Assembly (NCBI RefSeq): GCF_964204645.1
Contig: NC_134029.1
Coordinates: 8,644,850 to 8,708,849, forward strand
Source of the DNA: Tubulanus polymorphus
Lineage: Eukaryota; Animalia; Nemertea
Direction: 5' to 3'
DNA length: 64,000 nt
Under the pieces are notes generated by a model that did no database searches, was not told the DNA's origin, and saw nothing but the letters and a program-made list of their open reading frames with translations. Positions within the stretch are counted from its first letter, which is position 1; the number at the start of each line of letters is the position of its first letter. Below are positions 23,701 through 42,845 of the stretch, in pieces. A program made the position numbers and the translations under genes.

Positions 23701-26700
23701 TATTTTCACGAAGCAAAAATGTGTTGTTGTTTGTTGAATTCGATGTTTCAACTGCTGTGTTTCCAATTGCATTCTTCCAATTCACTATGTCGATTATTTC
23801 TGTTTCACAAATGAAACTCGTGTGAACCTCTTCAATTCCGCAAGGGAATCGAACCCAGTTCGCTGATCCTCGGGGATTATTTAGTATCATCGCTGTACAT
23901 GGCATATTGATGTCTTTTATCGGTTGTTTTCTTAAAGGAGATATCAATCCTTGAATAACTTCTGGTATCGTATCGTTATTTGTAGGTTTATACCACTCTG
24001 TGTAGCTCAATGGTTTCCCATCAGTCCACGTGTAATAACCAGATCTAGGCTAGAAATATAAAATAATAGCAAATTAACGTTGGGAACATTTAAAAAAAGA
24101 AAAACTGTTTACGAATTTACCTGGAGTTTTAATCAAATCATTACAATGAGCGCTTTCTGCGAATATGCTTGTTTAAGAAGCTTCGTAGCGAATAATGTTT
24201 TAATGGAAACTATTTCCTGTTCAGAGTTGATACTGAGTAGATGTCCCGCATGCTTTTGTCTACAGTACAATTCAGCATTCTCCCAATTCAGACGCTCATC
24301 TCTGATATTTTAACGTAGGAAATTCCCGAATCTAAAAATCCTTGTTGACAGTGAGCACCATGATTTGAATACTCCATCGCTAACGAATAGCGTAAAACGT
24401 ACTGTATCTGAAATGTTGCTATTATGTCTTTGATTTCGAAATAAAACTGATTACTAATTAAACTATGAAATACAAGTCCTATCGTTGCCATATTCCCACA
24501 TATTGCAATACGACGATGGGTGCGAATGTTCGCCCAGGATATCTCTTGAATGAAAAGTATCGGGCTTGTTTCTACAAAGATGTTTGCGGTGCAGCTTATC
24601 GATTCTATAGATTTGATGATAAATCTGTAATATCGAAATATATTCCTTTGTCGGGCGTTTGTAAATCTATAGTATAAAGATACCGACGTATGTCCTGCCC
24701 ATGTCGGGTAGTTCGGCGAGTCCGCATTCGTCGTCCAACAAGTAAGCTTGTCTCCCTATTGTTGACCGTAACGTGTCAACAGGCTTTTTCGGTCCTAAAC
24801 ATTTATGACGCAGTTTGATAGTGAGTGGTGTCCTCCGAAACGCACTCCAACTGCCCATGGATACCGTGCTTAAAACGATGCTTTCATTTAGAAGTTTACT
24901 TATCAATCTTAATCTTCGAGGACAAAGTCGTAACAAATCACGAAAACAACTGTCAATTCGATATTCGTGTCCTGATAATATATGAATTTTTCTGAGAGGA
25001 AGGCGTCGGTTTTCGGGTGTAATCACGAGACAGTGTGACGTCATAACGATCTGACGTTCTATCTGCTTTACAACATACCAGTCACAGTCAGTAGATCGAA
25101 ATTCGAGAGTTGGTTTCTCATCGACTGTTGACGACAGAACATCCCAGTTATAAGCGTATCCTACTACAGTAACATATCCACCGGATGTAATCAGACTGAC
25201 GACGTTACGGTCGTATACCAGTAAACGAGGGCAATACGGACCGTAGCGTCTAGCCGTGAAATTACCACCATCAAATATATAAAATCCAGCCCGCTCACAG
25301 TTCTCTGATAAAACTGTCAGTTCCATATTCTCATCATGAATATCAACTTTCCATTTGAACAGTAATGTGTTTATTTGGTAGGTCAATTCTTTCTTCTTTG
25401 ATGACGGGAAAATCCAGCGAAAAGGAAGCCATGATATTCCATCTCGCATCTATGAAAATAATGTCTATGGATCAGTTTATATTATTGGAATATGATTTGA
25501 TTAATCAGCTTCATTGGTAGTTTAGAATTTAATACTCACCCGATGATTAGTGACGTGTACATCTTCTATCGTTAGTGATTTCAATTCAAAGTTAATTTCT
25601 ATTCGTGACATTGATTGTTCCCCATTCATTAAGACGCACACTACGGCGAGAAAGCCGTCAGATTTGACACTCAGTGATTCTAGGTTGTTGCAACCGAGTA
25701 AAATATCAGTCCTTACAAAACGCAGCCCTTCTAGTTTATATACACCAATGACGTCACCGGACGTGACGAGATCACGTGTCCAGTTGAAGACGACGTACTG
25801 TAACACCTGCACTGCGATAGACCAACAGTGTAAGTGGTTTGATCGAGTGATTACGTGTAAACTGTTTTCATCGGGAATGAGCACCCCCGACTCGTTATTA
25901 GAGATCTGAATCAACGGATTAGAGACGTTCCAATCTGATATTTTGTAGATTTTTGCTAATAGTGTGAAGTGAATTAACGGATTCCGATGAAGCGAAGAGA
26001 TGACTGCTTTATTTGTTTTAGTATAGAACGACGAAGGCGGATGTCCGGTTTGTTCTCGTATAATTGCTATAGGTTCACTATTGGTGTTCCACCCGTCGTA
26101 GATTTTAATGGTCACTGACTGAATTGCAGGATGTGGTTTTAATATTACCCGAATAAATGTGAGATTCATCGCATGACCGTGTGATATTCCGATCCATTCC
26201 ACAAACAACTGGCACTTACGTATTTTGATGTGGAATTTATACCCAGTTGATGATTGTAGTTTATTTAAACTACAACTTATTTCGTTGCAGTCGTGACTGA
26301 TTCTGAATCGGCTTCGTTCATAACGATATATCATATATACCCGACTACCTCGCGCACCATCGACGTAACTCCTAAATATCAACGAGATCGAATCGTTACG
26401 GCCGATCTCATGTTTTCCTTCACCGCAGAGTCTGTTATCAGGCTCGTAAACGAGAAGGTAGTCATCATTACAAAACATTGTCGGCTCGATGTCGTAGTAA
26501 ACGTGGACGTGAAGAGTTCCTGGTAAAGAGCTGTTGATGAACCAGCGACATTCAACACCACGCGTTAACGAGGGATAATTCGGTGAAACGATGTAACCGG
26601 ACGTAGAATCGACGGGGTACCACGTGTTGTTGCAAGGTGAACTTACCATCACAGACGATTCCTTGATAGAGTCTGTGCGATCGGCGCGTGCGATGCGAAC

Positions 26701-26751
26701 TTGACAGACGATCAGCGACGCTATCAAAAGCGCTCCCAGTCGTTGCTCCAT
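20738..26751 (-). pseudogene. Second GRL101-like copy, frameshifted in exon 2
   Basis: Relative to copy 1: an 8-bp deletion near 24719 gives a stop at 24667, plus a 1-bp deletion near 24311. Exons 1 and 3 stay open; in-frame 27-bp duplication at 21829-21882. Confidence 0.8.
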
Positions 26752-28929
26752 AGCAAACAACACGATACAATGAATGAAATTCCTTCACGATTCAAATTCT
26801 GCCCGGTTGTCCACGGATCTTCAAGTCCAATCAATTAATGATGTAGAATTCTAAATTTCTTACTTACTAAATGAATTATTCACTCTATTTCGCAAGAATA
26901 TTCAATTTCAGTCGTAAATATTGACGCCCAATTATATTTTTAACATGCTTAAATTAATCTTCGTGTCGTTCACGTTTTTTTTTGTCTGGATGATAATCTT
27001 TTACACAATACTTTATCATTTTCGCTGATGTACTGCGCATATATATATAGAACACGTCATTCCGTCTAGCACCACCAATTTCATAACGCCCGCAAATGCG
27101 GAATTTGATAGAAAAGTCCCTAGCCGTGAAGGAAAAGATCAGAGCTGTTGAATAGATCGAGGAATGACCTGAATTGGAAATATTGTGGGATCGACAGGGT
27201 TAACTCAGCTATTAGTAAGGTTACCTCTCGGTTTGCTGATCTCCTTTTATGTTACCAGTTGCCGACATCATAGTTCCCGCTTGAGTTTTACTCTGGCAAT
27301 TATTGATTCGAGAAATCCGTTCATTTTCGATATGTCCGTGTAAAACCTTGTGAAATCTTTACCAAGAACGTTTTAACCATATCCTAGTTTGTTTTTATTG
27401 TAAAGCCCATTTTCGGTAATTTTCAACTTCTGGAGGAACTAATAAACCTCGTGTATAGTTTTGTGGATATTAAGAGTTTCGTCTTTCATCTGGGGTTGAC
27501 GCGTTTTTTACCACTATTTGATTCATGAAAATGAATAAACTGTAACATTTTAATTCATGAAATTCCGCGGATCCACTCAGGAATTTTGAGTTTCATGTTT
27601 AACATGCAAAAATCGGCGAAAACTCTGGGAATTTGTCAATTTTGTAGAAAGTGGCCACCCTGATTAAAAGAAATTCAAAATTAGGAACAAAATACGGCTC
27701 GACTCATCCGCGAATGAAAGTTGAAACTACAATGGCGTTTGTACGATTGTTCTCGAGGGAATACCTGGTGGCGACACCGTTAATCGGAACGAAAATTCCT
27801 TAGATAGCAAATACTTGGGGAATGTCCAGAAAATACCTAGTGAGTCTCGTAAACCTTAGATAGTTACAGCGTATGGCGTGACACAAATTCGCATATCATT
27901 TTTCACAAAACGCCCCCCCCCCCCGGTGGCACCACCAAAAAAATTGATAAAAAAACTGTTCGAATACAGAGAAAATATGACTCAAATAAAAATTGACACC
28001 GGAAGGACGGCTCACCGCTTACCCTACCTTATACCTTCGGTCACAGCGTAGCTAGAAAAGCGATAGACGATGGAATACTTGGAAAATCTGTACCGGCCTC
28101 AAATAAAGTTCTATATAGTGTGCCCATGTCACATTTGCAATCATAAGAAAAAAACACATTCAAGGTTTTCGCTCCTTTGTTGCGAACAAGCTGCGGAACC
28201 GTTTTCCCATTTATGTAGTCCGCACAACAGAGAGTGAGAATATAATACTATCATACTTGCTGTGGGCCACAAAATCTGCTCTTTACAAGTCTACACTGTA
28301 TCTTAGCCCTTAACTCTATCCACACCCTGGATATCAAGGCAGTTTTCAGAATTGAGCTGATTTGGAACAACAATTTGGGATTGCAAAGGTCGATCAGGTA
28401 AATAATAATGACTGAAAATCGGTTATGGAAAAGTACGAATTCAAGTAGTATTTGCCGATCTATAGTATGTAAAAGGCGACTGCAGAATTTCCAAATCAAT
28501 TCGTGCTTTACCATGGTCACGTATATAAATCTCCATCGGAGAAGCGGACGGTTTTAGTGACTGAAAGCAACGAGGGGAAAGGGGGGGGGGCAAAAAGGCC
28601 TGTTAGGAAAGTGCGTGAAATTTGTTCATTAATATCGCCGCGTTTCATTTCAAAATGATGGAACTAATTGTGCAATGTTTCTTAGTTTTCAATGAATCTC
28701 GAGAAATGTTATTAGAACGTAACATGAAAATAGAACCAGTCTGAGTATGAAAGAAGTTCACGACAGACGCAGTGGCTTTTTGGTCAAACGCGGCCATGCA
28801 TGCGGGTGCGATTATACAGATTAGGCCGAGCGGCTGAACTCAAGGGCTGCTGCATGGGCGAAGCTTTTTGCGGGGCTATGAATATTTGGAAAATGACCCC
28901 AGTATTGTATATAGGTACTAAACAAAAAT

Positions 28930-29280
28930 TTATTTTCTCAACGTATTTGCCATTTGCTCTTGAACCACTTTTTAATATGATCATGTTTATTAAATTACAA
29001 ATGTACGCTAAACATAGGAAACAACTAACCGGTGCGGACACTAAACAAAATCAACAAGATGGAACTGCTCACAGAATGGTATTTGCATCCACCATATTCG
29101 TGGTGACGGTTACCACTGATGTTATTCAACGTTCTAAGGTTATATTTACCCTGGTCCGTTACTTGGATAGTATTGCTATTGAATGATGTCTTCCAAGCTT
29201 TGAATTCATCTGTAAACGGTATATTCCATTTTTCTATTATATGTGTACAGCAAAACCTTTAAAAAAGAATTGAAATAATT
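28930..29280 (+). pseudogene. Decayed 3' fragment (TM5-TM7) of an intronless class A peptide-receptor-like GPCR
   Basis: LFNMIMFIKLQMYAKHRKQL..HRMVFASTIFVV, then FFYYMCTAKTFKKELK (TM7/helix 8) after a stop. Confidence 0.45.
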
Positions 29281-30422
29281 AAAATCGTTATTGCGCCCTC
29301 GAAGAACATAGATTAAGTGATATTCGAATATTCGGTTGTCTATTTGTTGTTGTCAGTTATTGATTAACCTTTCAGTGGAAGCGTTATGAACAAACATGAA
29401 AATTTTGGAGTAGTTTAGCCGCCAAGTATGTATAGATACTCGAATTGTTGTTTGACCATTTTTTTTGTCTTTAATAATTCATAATTTCTTCACATCTTTC
29501 ACATGTTTATTTGAATAGCGATATCACCTGGTTTACTTTGCCCAACCAGAAAAGCATGATAATCAGAAGGCCAAAAATGGTTCCTTGAGCTAGTAGTTTA
29601 TTCGACGTTTCGACTTTATTCTAATAGTCATATTCAGGACTGCAGCATTTCTGAATATGAAACGCAAATAGATTATATCATTTTTTCGTTATCAATGTGG
29701 GATTCTCTACATATTAGCAAAAGCATATTTCGGATTTTCTGACTTCCGGCAGAAAACCCTATTGTAATTCTGTGCATTAAAGCAGTGTATTATATACTAT
29801 TTTCGTATTTTATCGTGTGTACAGACCTCAGACTCACACTGCCAAACTGACTCATCTCCCTGACATGTTCGAGTGAATCCATGATTTAATTAGAACACGC
29901 ACTGAATATGAGGAGACAATGAACCTCAAACCTGCTGACAATGCTCTGGATGAAATAGTGAGTGGTGAGAGGACTAAACGGCGGGGTTCTCGGTAGGAAT
30001 GGGTATGCGACCTCCGTGAGCGGGATACAGCGCTAGATGTGTGGACATTCTGGTTTTTTGTTCGGTTTTCAGCTTGATTCAATTCCAGTTTTACGATTTT
30101 GCACCATTCAATTCGGTGAGATTATCAAATTCTAAAACGAATCGATTTACGTCACGAATCCGCTCGAATTGTGTTCGTTTTCTGAGAATAGATTTTTGAT
30201 TTTGACGTGTCAAATTCGACAGCGAGTTAAAATACACCGGTTCCTTATTGATCAATAATGTAGAGACGCTTTCGTTGAAAAGAGTAAATTAATATAAAAA
30301 ATTCATTCAGTGGGATCATTAATTCTACTGTGATGCGGCAGATTGCGAGACCCGCACACGAGCGAATTTTGCGAACGCATTTTGGGCTGCGCAAAGTTCG
30401 TACGCATTTAGCGCAAAATATA

Positions 30423-30939
30423 GGGCCCCGCACACGAGCCGAAAACTGCGCTCAGCAAAGGGAGCTGTGGCAAGCACGTATGCATTATACAACCATATCT
30501 ACTACATATCTGCACCATTCACTCGCGACTTTTAATTGTCAAATCGATTTGAATATAAAGAAATGTTTCTGTTCTTATTACATCCACATCGTGATTAAAA
30601 GTCTTGCAAGGGGAAAATTGTGATTTTGATAATTTAAGTAATCCCATACCATAAAGAAAGTGATATTCATGTCATAAATCAGTGTTTTTCTAATCTGAAA
30701 TCAATTAACTAGCCACTATCATCAGTTTTTGAGTAATGACGCACGCGCATTGACGACGAATGAAACGCAAATAGCGCTGAGTTGCCCGCAAACGAGAGCG
30801 CAGTTGGCTGCGTCAAAAAAAATCAAACATGACAGATATTTGACGAACGTCAAAATGCGCTCGAAAATACCCCCGCACACGAGCCGAAAACGACGCTGCG
30901 CCATTTGCGTACGCAGTTTCCGGCTCGTGTGTGGGGCCT
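30423..30939. mobile_element. MITE, probably PIF/Harbinger-type
   Basis: ~28-bp TIRs GGGCCCCGCACACGAGCCGAAAACTGCG / CGCAGTTTCCGGCTCGTGTGTGGGGCCT with TA/TTA flanks; the motif recurs at 30351 and 30871. Confidence 0.65.
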
Positions 30940-30949
30940 TTATAACAGC

Positions 30950-31815
30950 TATATCGCCCTCTTTTCCGTGGTGAGCAAGTCTGGAATCTACCGCACTGTG
31001 TCGCTGGTCATTCTGCCCACGTTTTTTCTCTTTTGAGCGTTTGGGAATTCAGCTACTTTCCTGATAATGATAAGTCGTAGATTCCGTAGTTTATCTTACA
31101 CTAACTATCTGATCGTTTTGCCAATCAGCGATTTAATGGTTATTTTCAATTTTACACTGATGCCTTTCGTACAGTTAATTTTCCGGCATCTTAGGATCGG
31201 TGCAAGTACGCTCGTGCTAAATTCACTTATCAGTTGTCAAATCTATGAATTTGTTATGGTGCTTTAGATAGCTTGCAATTCGTGGTTAATAGTAGCGATA
31301 TCTCAAGAACGTGCGGCAGTTGTGCTCTTCCCGTTCACCTCTCGTTTGATATGTACACCGAGATTCGCCCGATCCACCATCGTTTTCATTTCCCTGATGA
31401 ATATAACGGTGGTGTGTATTTCCGGAAATGTATCGATGAGGTTTTCGGATAGAATTTCGGGGTGTTATTTAACATCATACGACCAGGCGACACTTTTTAT
31501 GATATTTGTCGTTATCATAACGAATTCCGTTATAAAAGTTCAATTTTTCAGAGGTTCAAAAATGGTTTCGTCTGATCAGAAAACGACTAAAGCAAAACGT
31601 ACGACAATAATGCTTGTAACAGTTTCACTGGCATTTGCAGTATTTACACTACAAACCTCTATCACTGCCTACATAGCAATCCCAGTAGGCCAAAAACAAT
31701 TTTCGTTAGATATCTGTATCCAAATTCAAATGTATAATTATGTCGATAATTTCCACATATAAATTTTACTGGGACGAGAAATTCGTGAATATTTTATGTA
31801 CAAAATTCTGCTGTA
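30950..31815 (+). pseudogene. Intronless class A GPCR pseudogene (FMRFamide-receptor/srw-like)
   Basis: One frame gives FGNSATFLIM (TM1), YLIVLPISD (TM2), SWLIVAISQERAAVVLFPF (TM3), KRTTIMLVTVSLAF (TM6), NYVDNF (TM7). In-frame stops near 31034, 31265 and 31760. Confidence 0.8.
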
Positions 31816-31941
31816 GGAATTCATCGGGATAAACATTACGCCTATTCAGGACAAGAAATATCATCAACATAAAGCAGATGCACATAGTTCATATAAGCCA
31901 GGTCGACGACATGTAAGGGGGCAAATGTCGAGCAAACCGAC

Positions 31942-32014
31942 GGTTTCGTAGTGTAGTGGTTATCACGTCCGCTTCACACGCGGAAGGTCGCGGGTTCGAG
32001 CCCCGCCGAAACCT
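31942..32014 (+). tRNA. tRNA-Val(CAC)
   Basis: Acceptor stem GGTTTCG/CGAAACC, anticodon arm TCCGC-TTCACAC-GCGGA, T arm GCGGG-TTCGAGC-CCCGC. Confidence 0.88.
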
Positions 32015-32489
32015 CAATTTCCACATTAAATTGATGAGTAATTATTTGATAATTAATTGATTATTAAATGATTTCCCCCTCAGAATCTACACTTGATAAC
32101 GGAAAAGCATTGAGGAACTTTTTAAGTCGAAATTTTCACTTAGTAACTCGAAATTTCGAGACTTGATAAGTCGACATTTCGACTCAATAAGTCGAATTAT
32201 TTGACTTAATTGCGAAAGAATGCTCGCGTTTGAGTAGGTCTTACCGACATCAGATCGAGTACCCCCGTTTGTTTCCAGCCAAAGCTATCTTGAGCTTGAA
32301 TTTTAGAATCTGAAGATCCACAGTAATTCTCTACTTGCAATTTATACTGACAACTTCAAATCTCTCGTACGTTAGATACTTGTTCATACATAGAATTTCG
32401 ATGAATAGCTTAAATTTGTTTCATATCTTTAATTTGATGTGTATAAAATGGGTTTCACATTATTTGTCCATGCTTGTTGATACTGTTCA

Positions 32490-39343
<6,854 letters not shown>

Positions 39344-40059
39344 ATTTACTGGCCGAATGTCGTGCCGCTTAAATACCAAACGTATACATACATAGGCCTA
39401 TATACATATATATGCCACGGACAATTTCTACCCAATTTTGTAATCAGCATCAATACATATAATTTTCTGAATTTAGTGCATATTTATGCAAATGTAAAAT
39501 GGTTACATTCAATTATTGGCATGGCAAACAATTGTTGTTTTTGATTCCTGACAATGCTATACTGTGCAATGAAGGATGACACTTGTGATGATCCGCTTGG
39601 TTCGGTAGTGTATGATTCGTGCGCGCGCAATTCTCTTCAAAATGACGAACAGAACCAATTATCACGAAAAAGCGAAGAAAAGCCTAACCTATGCGTATTC
39701 GATGGCTCGTAGGATATTGTTTTGAACCCGGGCGCCTGTAATGTCAGGTCAGAAATGATTGGGAAAAATGTTATTCGAACCCATCTAAGGCCCAGACAAC
39801 TGTTAGGTACGCCATCTGGCGGGATAGCTGGTTGCACCGTTTCCTTGGCAAAATGGATTTTAAGGGGGTGCATTCCTCTGAAAACTGATGGACACAAGAG
39901 TAATACTCTCTTCATGTGGCCGAAATGTCCTTCTGTATGGATTGGTGAAACAAGAGCACTTCAATCGCGAGAGACATATTTAAATCATGTCATGTATTTC
40001 TTTTTAATTATTTATAAGTGCGCCAAGAAATTCATTACTGTTCATGACAGATTTTCTTT

Positions 40060-41112
40060 CTATTGTTTTCCTTTCTTCTTTTTAGATTTCGGAAGCTTTT
40101 GAGGCTTTCCTATTTCAACTTTAAACTTCGTTACGTCGACACTTCTCAGGACGCCGCGTACGTTCTTCTTTATCTCTCGATGGCCGCCGGCGTACAAAAT
40201 CTTCATATCTGCCGTATATGGAATATCAAGTTTCACGCGTCGGCCGGTCATGTACATTTTCATCTTCGAGTACGGAGGGACATTGGCCGTCGCTTGTAGA
40301 CTATCGGATACCGTTTTCGACTTTGAACGACCGACTTCTTTCGAAAATCCCTTACTAATACGCGTAGTCAAAGTATTCGTCATGCTGGCGCTAACGCCCG
40401 CCTCCGGACTTCCGATGGTCATACCGGCGCTTATCGAAAGTTCCAGACCTGATTGCGTCTCCGTGCTCGTCGACAGCGAGGTTTGCGATACGTGTTCAAA
40501 TGTCAGCGTCCGCGTTACCTGCTGCTTCGTTCCGCTTTTATTGGTGACGTAAGTCGCGGCGATCTCACCCGCTTCTTCATTCTTCACCACTTTCGCCTTT
40601 TTCATCTGATATTTCACGTTAATCAGCTGATATTTCAAAGCGCGGTGCGTCTTAACGCATGAACATACACAGCGATCGCAGCGAACGAAGCCGCTGTTGT
40701 GACCGGGAGCGTTCTCGTCTTTTTTGCAATCTTTGATTTTGTCGCAACCGAACAAATCAGTTCTGACCAGGTTCCTCTTATCGCAGCTGTTTTTGCATGT
40801 ACCATATAGCTCTTCTTCAGATTTGCTGATTTTTGTAATCGTCTCGGCAGTGTCGATTTTCGTTGCTTTGGGTGTACATTCGCAATTGCAATAATCGCAA
40901 TCATTAAACCATCGAATCCAGCCCTTCGTGCTCAAACGGCAGCTGTCGATCTTTTTGCAGCCTTCCACGTTGAAGAGTGTTGGCATTTTCGTGCAGTCGG
41001 ATGTGCAGCCACCGTTCAATTCATCCTCATTCATGATGATCCGATAGCAACTAGCCAGATGACCGCAAAAGCCAATCAGGAAGAACAAAACTAGCGCCAT
41101 CTTCGATAACAT
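40060..41112 (-). CDS. Secreted aerolysin-family (ETX/MTX2-like) beta-pore-forming protein with two N-terminal 8-Cys modules, 350 aa
   Basis: Signal peptide. C-terminal half shows YQLINVKY, TNKSGTKQQVTRTLTF, a Ser/Thr-rich alternating hairpin (GLELSISAGMTIG), VPPYSK, LDIPYTA and RGVLRSV, the typical ETX/MTX2/natterin pattern. Confidence 0.85.
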   Translation of the reverse strand: MLSKMALVLFFLIGFCGHLASCYRIIMNEDELNGGCTSDCTKMPTLFNVEGCKKIDSCRLSTKGWIRWFNDCDYCNCECTPKATKIDTAETITKISKSEEELYGTCKNSCDKRNLVRTDLFGCDKIKDCKKDENAPGHNSGFVRCDRCVCSCVKTHRALKYQLINVKYQMKKAKVVKNEEAGEIAATYVTNKSGTKQQVTRTLTFEHVSQTSLSTSTETQSGLELSISAGMTIGSPEAGVSASMTNTLTTRISKGFSKEVGRSKSKTVSDSLQATANVPPYSKMKMYMTGRRVKLDIPYTADMKILYAGGHREIKKNVRGVLRSVDVTKFKVEIGKPQKLPKSKKKKGKQ

Positions 41113-41560
41113 AGTAGCCCTGTATTGAAATCGACTCTGTAAGAAGAAGAACAGTGTTAAAGGAACGGGGAACTAATCAAAACGTAGGCCTACATTCTAT
41201 TCCATGAACGGCCAGCGTAGTTTCAATGTTCTCAGTCAAATTTGAAGCTTTATGTATGGCAGTGTAAGTATTTTCCTATCGCCAATGGTACCCCAGCGTA
41301 TTCATCCAACAAATTGCAAGTGCCACAATTGTGTTGGAAGTGCAATACTTTCTAAAACAGAGACTATGTCTTCCGAGGAAACAAAAATTTTAAATTCAGA
41401 TTTAAATCTCAGATCGAGCTAAATATGATATGTGCATTACCAAATTCAATTTTCATAAACGCGGCCTCGAATATGTAGCTAGGCTAGATACTGTTTTAAT
41501 GAACAGTAATTTACATTTATGAACAAAAGCACCATTATTTTCAAACGATTCGTTTCCTAC

Positions 41561-41642
41561 CCTGAAATTCTCCGGGCAGGCCTCTCGCCGTCAAAGCTCC
41601 GCCAATGTTACATTTTCAGAGAATCACCACTTTATATATATA
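41561..41642 (-). promoter_or_regulatory. Putative TATA box and short non-coding first exon of the pore-forming protein gene
   Basis: TATATATAAAG at ~41640-41630, donor G|GTAGGA at 41560, acceptor TTCTTACAG ending at 41137 just upstream of the ATG. Confidence 0.5.
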
Positions 41643-42110
41643 TGAAGAATTCGTCGATCGTTCATCTGCTACTTTCATTTGGAAAATAGCAGATGTGTGA
41701 AAAAAATCAACGATTCGAAGAATGCATACTTAAAATCAAATATATCAAAAATGATATGTATATTCTGTGATAACAAAGCTACAAATAGTTTTCAATCACG
41801 AAATAGCACTTGTCATATCTATTTAGCATTCGATGTTCGAAGTGCGTGCGGCAAGTTTTCATATCTTGTCGAATGAGCGTAATTTCGTTTTCAACCTGTG
41901 ATACATATAGTTTATCTTAACTGTTTCCTTCCCTTTTTTAGTATTTTTCCAACAATTCTTCTCGGTTTTAGTGATGGTGGGACAAACGTAAATAGCGATT
42001 TGGATAGTAGCATCCATATAGTCTCCCAGCGTATGTGAAATAAGTCACCAAGTTTGGTCTGATGGCAAATATTGATTACATCACGTGCGCAGTCTTCATT
42101 TATCCAAGGG

Positions 42111-42287
42111 TACTGTGGGACCTCGTTACAGCGAACTTCACGGGACCAGAAAATATGTTCGTTATAACCCATAGTTCGTTATATCCAGTATGAAATTAAT
42201 CAAATCGTCTTACTTGGGACTAAATTCTATATTTGTTATATCCGATGAATCGTTGCATTCGAGTTCGTTGTAACGAGTGGTGATGTA
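42111..42287. mobile_element. Tc1/mariner (pogo-like) MITE remnant
   Basis: TA-CTGTGGGACCTCGTTACAGCGAA left end, repeated TTCGTTATA motifs, degenerate TTCGTTGTAACGAG..TGTA right end. Confidence 0.5.
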
Positions 42288-42394
42288 CCGTGGTGATGCA
42301 CGCACATATATCTCAATAGGACCGTATAGCTGTGAAACTGTAACTTTTCCTAAGTCGTTTCATTTGCCTCACCCAGAATCGTTTAATAAGATTC

Positions 42395-42560
42395 ATTTAT
42401 TTCTTGAATACACATTTATACCAAAGCCTCGTGAGTCGGTGTAACATTTTATCAAAATCTATTTCTTGAATATACGTGTATATTGGTCGGTCGGTAAACA
42501 TTTTATTTCTTGAATATACATGTATACCAAAGCCTGGTCAGTCGGTACAACATTTTATCT
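42395..42560. repeat. Three imperfect ~50-65-bp tandem repeats downstream of the GTPase stop codon
   Basis: TATTTCTTGAATA(C/T)AC...GTCGGT..ACATTTTAT three times. Confidence 0.7.
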
Positions 42561-42845
42561 CATTCATTAAACAAATAAATTCATCCTTAGAGATATACAT
42601 GGCTATATACATATAAAATATACACATAGATGTACACTGGTTTCAAAGTTCTCTCTTTTTGATTTCGGTCAATGTTCGAATGTGTTTCTGAAAGTCCTAA
42701 CTTCATATCAGATGTCTTATGGCTCATATGTGGCAGTGATAGACTCTAAGGTCATGGACTCAAGGGCATGCCCTCCTCGTACCCGGCGAGTTCAATATTA
42801 CTGGTCCAGTCAGTTACTAAGCTCAGAATGAACACATTAGACGGC

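Larger units (their letters stand above)
13855..27164. repeat. Tandem segmental duplication, unit 2
   Basis: Direct repeat of 542-13854 with few SNPs up to ~23400 and more differences beyond; unique sequence starts at 27165. Confidence 0.95.
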
